From the NCBI GenBank assembly GCA_963719495.1, contig CAVRCI010000005.1, positions 1 through 64,000 on the forward strand: DNA of 64,000 nucleotides, in the 5' to 3' direction. Below the pieces are notes generated by a model that did not search any database, was not told the origin of the DNA, and saw nothing but the letters and a program-made list of their open reading frames with translations. How positions within the stretch are numbered: the stretch's first letter is position 1; each line of letters begins with the position of its first letter. The stretch comes from an uncultured Verrucomicrobiae bacterium (GTDB taxonomy: Bacteria; Verrucomicrobiota; Verrucomicrobiia; Chthoniobacterales; JAATET01). Both the position numbers and the translations under genes were made by a program. Below are positions 57,624 through 64,000 of the stretch, in pieces.

Positions 57624-58511
57624 TCAATCCGCGCTGGTCGGCACGGGAACCGGGCGATCGCTCACGCCGGGCGGAGCGACTTTTTCGTTCTCCGGGGGAG
57701 CGGCATCCGGATCGACGTAGATTCCGTCCACAACCTGCACGCCGCCAGCCGTGTCCCGGACGAGGCGCGTCTTTTTATTCACGGCCTGGTAGGTCTTCCG
57801 CTCGAGGACGGCGCCGGACAACGAGATGCGCGAGTAGAGGAATTGCTTGGGCGCGACATTTTGGAGGATGTGCACGTCGTTCGTCGAATCGAGTTTGATG
57901 TCCGGGACGCCGAAGGACACGAAGCGACCCAGCGGATGGGTGCAGAAGATCCGACCGTCGGCGTCGACGATCCGGAGGTAGAGTTGGGTGAAATTCGGCA
58001 GACGGTGCGCGAGGAGCGTGACCGTTCGCGCGGGGCTTCCGTCGGGCACACCGACCGTTTCCTGCCACAATTCGCGGCCTTCGGTGATCTCGATGTTCAG
58101 CGGCGGATTCGAGCTGAAATATTGTTTCAATTCCCGCGAATAGATCGTCGCGGTCACCCGGTAGGCACCGAATTCGGTGAGCGGATAAAGCGGCGTGAGA
58201 TTCACGAGGCGCTTCGCCTTCTGACCCGGACCCAGCTGGATGGGCGAGAGCTGGTAATTCGGATCGTAGGGCGGGACGAGCCGTCCACCGGCGGTCTGGA
58301 TCTTGAAGCTGAACCACTTGTAATTCCCCTCGTCGGCCAACTCGAGCTCACGCCCGCTCTGGTTCGTGATTGTGACGACGGCCAGCAGTGGCTCGTAGCG
58401 AATGAAGAGGCTGCGCGGCAGCGACAGGTCGACCCGCACCTGCGCGACGGCCGCCGGGAGGAAGCAGCCAATCAGAACGATCGGCAGAACGATGCGGCTC
58501 AACGATTTCAT
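57624..58511 (-). CDS. secreted hypothetical protein
   Basis: Signal peptide, ATGA overlap. Confidence 0.75.
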   Translation of the reverse strand: MKSLSRIVLPIVLIGCFLPAAVAQVRVDLSLPRSLFIRYEPLLAVVTITNQSGRELELADEGNYKWFSFKIQTAGGRLVPPYDPNYQLSPIQLGPGQKAKRLVNLTPLYPLTEFGAYRVTATIYSRELKQYFSSNPPLNIEITEGRELWQETVGVPDGSPARTVTLLAHRLPNFTQLYLRIVDADGRIFCTHPLGRFVSFGVPDIKLDSTNDVHILQNVAPKQFLYSRISLSGAVLERKTYQAVNKKTRLVRDTAGGVQVVDGIYVDPDAAPPENEKVAPPGVSDRPVPVPTSAD

Positions 58512-60892
58512 AGCTTGGCGGGCGCCGTGTCCGAGGCGGTCCGGAAGCCCAGCCCCTGCTCGCTCTGGATCGGGTAGTAAACCTGGATTCTCCGGGTGAC
58601 GCTGGTGTCGGGATTGTTCCAATTCCCACCGCGGATCACGGGGAGCTCGTCGCCACTCGCCGGATCGGGGGCAATCGTCGCGGTCCACTCCGAGACGTTG
58701 CCGCCCATGCCGCCAACTCCGAACGGACTCTCGTCCTTCGGAAAGGCATCGACCGGGGACCAGCGGATGTAGCCGTCGATCTCCCCGCCCTTCGTCGCAT
58801 TCTTCTTATCGATGTCGGACCCACTGCTCACCCACTCGGGCTTCGGTTCGTTGCCCCATGGGTGGGTGCGCCCGTCGGTGCCGCGGGCCGCTTTTTCCCA
58901 TTCCTTCTCCGTCGGGAGGCGCCGTCCCTTCCACTTCGCGTACGCGTAAGCTTGGAACCAATCGACGTTGAAAACCGGGGAATCGACGTCGAGCGCGGCC
59001 TCCTGAAATCTCCCCCAGCGCTTCGCCCGCTTGTAATACCCCGCAAATGGACCGGTCGCGAGATCCTGATCGGCCCACTGCCCCGGCACGTAGGAGCTAC
59101 CCGAAGGCGCGTCCGGATGCGCGAGCTCCGCGGCCTTGTCGGGATGCTCCTCGACCCACGCGAGGAACTTGGCGTATTGGCCGATGGTCACTTCGTATTG
59201 GTCGATCCAGAAAGTCGGCAGCGTTTCCTTCTCACCGTCCTGATAGATGAACTCGCCGGCGGGGATCTCGAGCATCGTATCGAAATTCGTCGCGGTCGGC
59301 TCGCGGATCAGCATGAAATAAACGACCGCCAGCACGGTCGCCAGCAGAGCCAGCGATCCCAGCGAACTGAGGAGCACCATGCGTTTTTGCTTCTGCTTGG
59401 CTTCCTCGACCGCTTTCACGGCGGCGCGGCTGCGGGCGTCGAGTTTGTAGGCGTCGGCTGGGCGGACCTGCGGGAGCCGGTTCTTCGCTTCCTGCGCAAC
59501 GGCCGCCCAGGACCGGTATTCGCTCTGCGGCTGACCCGCCTCGGTCAGCAACTCGGCGGCGAGCGCGGACTCCGGACTGGTGGCCATCACGGGCAACAGC
59601 ATCGCGGCGAGGGCTCGGATCTCCTCGCCGCTCTCGGCTCCGGACGTGCCCTCGTGGGCGGCGACGTTCGCAATCCTCGGCTGGCCCTTTGCGTCCAGCA
59701 GAAGCTGGGAGGCACGAAACGGATCGTGCTGGATCTTCTCCCGCCCGAAATAGGCCATCACCTCGGCCGCGGTCTGGAGAAATCGCAGCACGGTCGCCGC
59801 GTCGAGCTTGCGCCCCTCTTCGGCGAGTTCCTCCACCGTGGTGTTGGGGACGAATTCGCAAGCGTAGAAGTAGCGACCGTCGCGCTCGCCGGCTTCGAAG
59901 ACCGCCAGGACGGCGGGGTGGCGAACGTTGGCTTTCACGCTCGCGTTGGAAATGAATCGCTGCACCGAGTCGCCGTCGGCGGCCGAGTCGGCGTTCATCA
60001 CGTAGAGCCGGACGGTGCGCCCCATGCTCGTCTGGAGCGCACGGTAGATCCCGCCGAAGCGGTGCTCGTCGATCCGCGCTTCGATCTGGTAGTCGCCGAG
60101 CGTCACACCGACCATTTCGTCGGGCGGCAGCGTTCGATCTTTTGGAACGATCACGGGGGCATTTGCCTTGGCCGCGACCGGGGCGGCGGCAACCTTCGCG
60201 GCACCACCTGCCTTGACGGCGACAGCAGGTTTCGCCGAGACGGCTGGCTTCGCGGAAACTGCCGGCGTCGCCTGGGGCGCGGCCTTCGGCGTCGCCGTGG
60301 GGGTGGCTCGAGGTGTCGCAGTCGGCGTCGCCTTCGGTGTCGCGGCTGGCGTCGCCTTCGGCCCGGCGCTCGGGGATGGGGAAGCTTTGGCCACCGCGGC
60401 GGGCCCGGCCTGCGGCGAGGCAGCGGGAATCGCCTTGGGCTGCGCGATTGCTTTCGGAGTGGCTACGGGCACCGCTGCCGGCTTGGCGGTCGGTGTGGGG
60501 ATGGCCCGCGGCGTCGGCGCGGCGGGCGCCGAGGCGGCGGGAGCCGGGGCGACTTCACGAATCTTGCCGGCCAATGCCTTCGCGTCGACCGGCTTCATGA
60601 GCACCTCGCGACCGCCAATCCGGTCGGCGTAGTCGGAGAGGTCGTATTCGGTGAAGAAGATCGTCGGCAACCCGGGGAATCGGGGATCGAGCGTTTCGCG
60701 CAGCGTGAAGCCATCCGTGCCATCCATGATGACGTCGGTGACCAACACGTCGACGACGACGCCCGCGTCGACGGACTCGATCGCGGCCCCGGCGCTCCCG
60801 GCGACGGTCACGTCGTCGAATCCCTCGGCGCGCAGCCCTTCGGCCAGCCGCTCGGCGACTTCGGGTTCGTCATCGACCAGCAAGACTCTCAT
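58508..60892 (-). CDS. receiver + Pro/Ala linker + kinase-like + TM + FGE-sulfatase (SUMF1) protein
   Basis: [52 protein letters not shown]. Confidence 0.88.
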   Translation of the reverse strand: MRVLLVDDEPEVAERLAEGLRAEGFDDVTVAGSAGAAIESVDAGVVVDVLVTDVIMDGTDGFTLRETLDPRFPGLPTIFFTEYDLSDYADRIGGREVLMKPVDAKALAGKIREVAPAPAASAPAAPTPRAIPTPTAKPAAVPVATPKAIAQPKAIPAASPQAGPAAVAKASPSPSAGPKATPAATPKATPTATPRATPTATPKAAPQATPAVSAKPAVSAKPAVAVKAGGAAKVAAAPVAAKANAPVIVPKDRTLPPDEMVGVTLGDYQIEARIDEHRFGGIYRALQTSMGRTVRLYVMNADSAADGDSVQRFISNASVKANVRHPAVLAVFEAGERDGRYFYACEFVPNTTVEELAEEGRKLDAATVLRFLQTAAEVMAYFGREKIQHDPFRASQLLLDAKGQPRIANVAAHEGTSGAESGEEIRALAAMLLPVMATSPESALAAELLTEAGQPQSEYRSWAAVAQEAKNRLPQVRPADAYKLDARSRAAVKAVEEAKQKQKRMVLLSSLGSLALLATVLAVVYFMLIREPTATNFDTMLEIPAGEFIYQDGEKETLPTFWIDQYEVTIGQYAKFLAWVEEHPDKAAELAHPDAPSGSSYVPGQWADQDLATGPFAGYYKRAKRWGRFQEAALDVDSPVFNVDWFQAYAYAKWKGRRLPTEKEWEKAARGTDGRTHPWGNEPKPEWVSSGSDIDKKNATKGGEIDGYIRWSPVDAFPKDESPFGVGGMGGNVSEWTATIAPDPASGDELPVIRGGNWNNPDTSVTRRIQVYYPIQSEQGLGFRTASDTAPAKL

Positions 60893-61860
60893 AGATCGTC
60901 CCGGGTGAGCGGCAGGGGAAATTCGTCCAGCAACGTGACCGGCTCGGCCCGCGAATCCTGCAACCCGCCCTTGTAATAGATTCCCAGGACCCAGCCGTAA
61001 TACTGCAACGGCGGCAGGTCACCGCGGTCATCAGCCGGCATCGAGTAGCGCACATCAACCAATTCGGGTTCGCCGTTTGCCCAGTCGATCTCCGGGGTGA
61101 GCCACTCCGACTTCATCCCCGACGTCGTCGGCAGGATCTCGCTGTAGTCGTTTTGTTCGTAGAAGGTGACCGCGATCTTGAGATCACCCGGCTCGATCGT
61201 TTCCGTCTGCGTGGCCTTGGTGGCAATCTTGAGGTGTTTAAATCCGGCGTCGGAGTCGTCGATCCGGGCTTCGATGATGCCGAGCGATGAGCCAATGGGA
61301 ATGCCGATCTCGTCCCGCATGAGCGAAGCGGACGGCGCGCCGCCCTCCGAAGCGGCCCCGCCTCGCAGCGCGGCGGCGCGCTGCTCGGCCTGGAGCCGAA
61401 TGGCCGGAAAATCCGGATTCGCGGGATTCACCGGCAGTGCGAGAATCGCCTGATACGCCTCGGCGGCCTCGACGCGCTTGCCCATCGCCTCGAGAACGCC
61501 CGCCATCTGAATCAGAATCCCGGGCTCATTCGGCACGAGGTGGTCCGCTTCGCCGAAGGCATTGAGCGCCGCCTGGAGGTCGCCCCCGCCCCGGGCTTCG
61601 TTGCCCTGCTCGAGGAGGCTCTGCGCCCGCGCAATTACCTGCTCGGTCGGAGTGCCGGCGGCGGCGGTTGTCGTCGGCGCACCCGGAGACCCGGTGCCCG
61701 CTGCCGCCCCGTCCGAACGCGACCCCTCCGTGGTGAAGCGGACCTGCGGCGCGAGCGCCACGACGGCGGCGATGAGTTGAACGAACGCGAAGAGCCCGAG
61801 AATCACGGCGGCCACGACGAAGGTTTTCTCGGCGGCTGGTTTGGGAACGGTCGGGATCAC
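60889..61860 (-). CDS. membrane-anchored TPR-like protein
   Basis: N-terminal TM and helical repeats. Start uncertain. Confidence 0.7.
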   Translation of the reverse strand: MIPTVPKPAAEKTFVVAAVILGLFAFVQLIAAVVALAPQVRFTTEGSRSDGAAAGTGSPGAPTTTAAAGTPTEQVIARAQSLLEQGNEARGGGDLQAALNAFGEADHLVPNEPGILIQMAGVLEAMGKRVEAAEAYQAILALPVNPANPDFPAIRLQAEQRAAALRGGAASEGGAPSASLMRDEIGIPIGSSLGIIEARIDDSDAGFKHLKIATKATQTETIEPGDLKIAVTFYEQNDYSEILPTTSGMKSEWLTPEIDWANGEPELVDVRYSMPADDRGDLPPLQYYGWVLGIYYKGGLQDSRAEPVTLLDEFPLPLTRDDL

Positions 61861-62117
61861 TGGGGAAGAGAGAAGTAAATAGCCACCCGCTCGCGTGTCA
61901 AACCGCAACAACCGCGAGAACCGCACGCCCGACAACCGCAAACGTCGGCGCGCGATGAAAAGTGCGATCAGCCGTGAAGGGACGGATCTCCGATGCCCAC
62001 GGCGTTTCACCCGGGAGCCTTCGAGTCGCCCGGAATAAATCGAGCCGAATGGCCGGAACGATCCCCACAACCCACCGCAAGACCACGGACTCTTCGACCA
62101 TCCCAGCATCGACCGAA

Positions 62118-62163
62118 CCGCCCCCGATTAAACGTAACGGGCGTTACGTTTAATCGGGGGCGG
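62118..62163. repeat. 46-bp palindrome, GTAACGG-core family
   Basis: ccgcccccgattaaacgtaacg-gg-cgttacgtttaatcgggggcgg. Confidence 0.93.
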
Positions 62164-62291
62164 GATTGATCCACGCCGTCGCGACTCCTGATCACCAATG
62201 GTTGGATCCACGGCCCATTTCATGAGCTGGACCAACACTCTCCGCAGAAACCACGCGGGCACCCCCGATCCCTGACTTCACCGCACTCATT

Positions 62292-62327
62292 CCCGATTGA
62301 ACGTAACGGCCGTTACATTTTATCGGG
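62292..62327. repeat. imperfect palindrome, GTAACGGCCGTTAC-core family
   Basis: cccgattgaacgtaacgg|ccgttacattttatcggg. Confidence 0.9.
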
Positions 62328-62547
62328 GGGGATGAGGGCGACGCTTGGTTGAAAAATTCGAGGGTGCCGAGGTTGGCCTCAGATTGCCGCGAGGTGGGCG
62401 GGAGGCTCGCACCCATCGCGTCAGCCGTCTCCGAACATACCTGGGCCGCTGGTCGCGGACGATATCACCCTGCCACGCCCACCTCCCGGGAAGCGGATCC
62501 CCACTCGAGGCGGGCTTGGATGACTCCCAGCGCTCGCCGCCCGCCAC

Positions 62548-63618
62548 TCAGCGCGGCTGCTGCTCGACGTCGACCGGCACCTCAAACGTCCGGCCGTCGC
62601 GCAGAACCCGCGTCCGGACCCGGTCGCCGATTTTCATCTCGGCGAGCCGGTTGCGCACGTCGACGGCGTCGCGCAGTGGTTTGCCGTTGAACGCCTGCAG
62701 GACATCGCCCGGCTGAATGCCCGCGCGGGCCGCCGGCGAGCCGTCGAGCACGGCGACGACGAGATTGCCCCCGACCTGCGTGATGCCCAGTTTCTCGGCG
62801 ATGGCGAGCGTGAGCGGATAGGCGATCGCGCCAAACCACGGCCGCGAAATCCGCCCGCGCGTCACGACGTCGTCGTAGACGCGCATCGCGAGATTCGACG
62901 GGATGGCGAAGCTGATCCCCTGACTGTCCATGAGCACGACGGCGCTGTTGATGCCGACGATCTCGCCCCGGACGTTCACCAGCGGACCCCCGGAGTTGCC
63001 CGGGTTAATCGCCGCGTCCGTCTGAAAAAATTCCGTGGTCAGCTCCGTGGCGGCCCGACGCCCCTTCCCACTGATAATCCCCTGCGTGACGGTCTCCTGC
63101 AGCCCGAGCGGATTGCCAATCGCGAAGACGACCTGGCCCACCCGCGCGGCGTCGGAATCGGCGAAGATCAGCGGAGTCAAATCGCTCGCCTCGATTTTCA
63201 AGACCGCGATGTCGGTGAGCGGATCGGCCCCGAGGAAGGCGGCCGGGAAGCTCCGCCCGTCGTTCGAATGAACCACCACCCGCGTCGCCCCGGCGACCAC
63301 GTGAAGGTTCGTCACGATGTGACCCTCCGCCGAGACGATGGACCCCGAGCCGAGCTGCGGCTTGGATTCGTCCAGCCCGAGCAGGCCGCGGATCCGGTTC
63401 ATCCGCGCGGCGACACTCGGCTCCTGGTCGGCCGTGATGCTGACGACCGACGGGACGACCCGGTCGACGAGCGAGGTGACCGCCGCGTCGAGGGCCACGA
63501 GTGGATTTCCAGCGGCACCTCCGGCGGATTCGATCCCGCTCCGGCGGGCGAAGTAAACCGCCGCCACGAGCAGGGCGATCACACCGATAAACGTGAGAAA
63601 CCGCCCGACGCTACTCAC
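62548..63618 (-). CDS. HtrA/DegS-like serine protease with PDZ domain
   Basis: TNLHVV, TDIAVL, QTDAAINPGNSGGPL. Confidence 0.94.
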   Translation of the reverse strand: MSSVGRFLTFIGVIALLVAAVYFARRSGIESAGGAAGNPLVALDAAVTSLVDRVVPSVVSITADQEPSVAARMNRIRGLLGLDESKPQLGSGSIVSAEGHIVTNLHVVAGATRVVVHSNDGRSFPAAFLGADPLTDIAVLKIEASDLTPLIFADSDAARVGQVVFAIGNPLGLQETVTQGIISGKGRRAATELTTEFFQTDAAINPGNSGGPLVNVRGEIVGINSAVVLMDSQGISFAIPSNLAMRVYDDVVTRGRISRPWFGAIAYPLTLAIAEKLGITQVGGNLVVAVLDGSPAARAGIQPGDVLQAFNGKPLRDAVDVRNRLAEMKIGDRVRTRVLRDGRTFEVPVDVEQQPR

Positions 63619-64000
63619 TCTCGGCAGCCGCCTCCGGCTTCTCCGGGAAGCGCTGTTCGAGTTCGGCCAGCGCTTTTTCGGCCTCGAGCTCGTTCCCGGC
63701 GCGCTGGTAAGCGTCCGCCGCCCGGCGCAGAGCGCGCGGCGTCACGGCCGGATCGTCGTAGAGCACGGCGATCGTGAGGAAGCCCCGGGCCGCCGCGTCG
63801 TATTCCCCGGCGGCCATCTGGATGTCGCTCATGAGCATCCGGCCGGCCGCGTTGTATTTGCCCTCGGGCTGCAGCAGCAAGGCCTCCTCGCCGAATCGTT
63901 CGGCCTCGGTGGGCTCGCCCTTGCCGAGCGCGATTTCGCCCTTCGCGAGCAACGCCCGCGCGCGGCTCACCGGGTCGCGCGCCTCGGCCATGTAACGGTC
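63611..64000 (-). CDS. TPR-repeat protein, C-terminal part
   Basis: TPR-like helices. Probably truncated by the window edge. Confidence 0.75.
   Translation of the reverse strand, partial: DRYMAEARDPVSRARALLAKGEIALGKGEPTEAERFGEEALLLQPEGKYNAAGRMLMSDIQMAAGEYDAAARGFLTIAVLYDDPAVTPRALRRAADAYQRAGNELEAEKALAELEQRFPEKPEAAAESE

Noticed and set aside
60150..60550. tandem DNA repeats
   Set aside because: Explained by the Pro/Ala/Lys-rich protein linker; the same applies to 27850-28280.

Overview
GC-rich bacterial window, probably Verrucomicrobiota (inferred from gene content: a PEP-CTERM protein, Verrucomicrobia-style pilins and REP-like palindromes). Positions 1 to ~19.1 kb are a visibly lower-GC integrative element anchored at the 3' end of a tRNA-Ser(CGA). 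It carries a tyrosine integrase, an excisionase-like gene, a degenerate MobF relaxase, a DUF5131 protein, a gp32-like SSB candidate plus AAA ATPase, a WG-repeat protein, an XRE regulator, a phosphoesterase and an IS5 element; its other end lies outside the window. Positions 19.3-36.7 kb are backbone genes (glgA-like, aminotransferase, orphan nuoA, cyclase, radical SAM, trxA, C-terminal protease, pilC/gspG pair, adenosine deaminase). Positions 36.8-55.9 kb are a type IV pilus/T2SS-like cluster with PilB, PilT, PilC, PilM/N/O/P-like genes, a secretin, several pilins and an embedded two-component system. Beyond that lie glpX, a REC-pseudokinase-FGE protein and an HtrA protease. The most striking observation is that several different REP-like palindrome families, which elsewhere in the window are intergenic, sit in frame inside the N-terminal leaders of four prepilin-like genes and the PilP-like gene.
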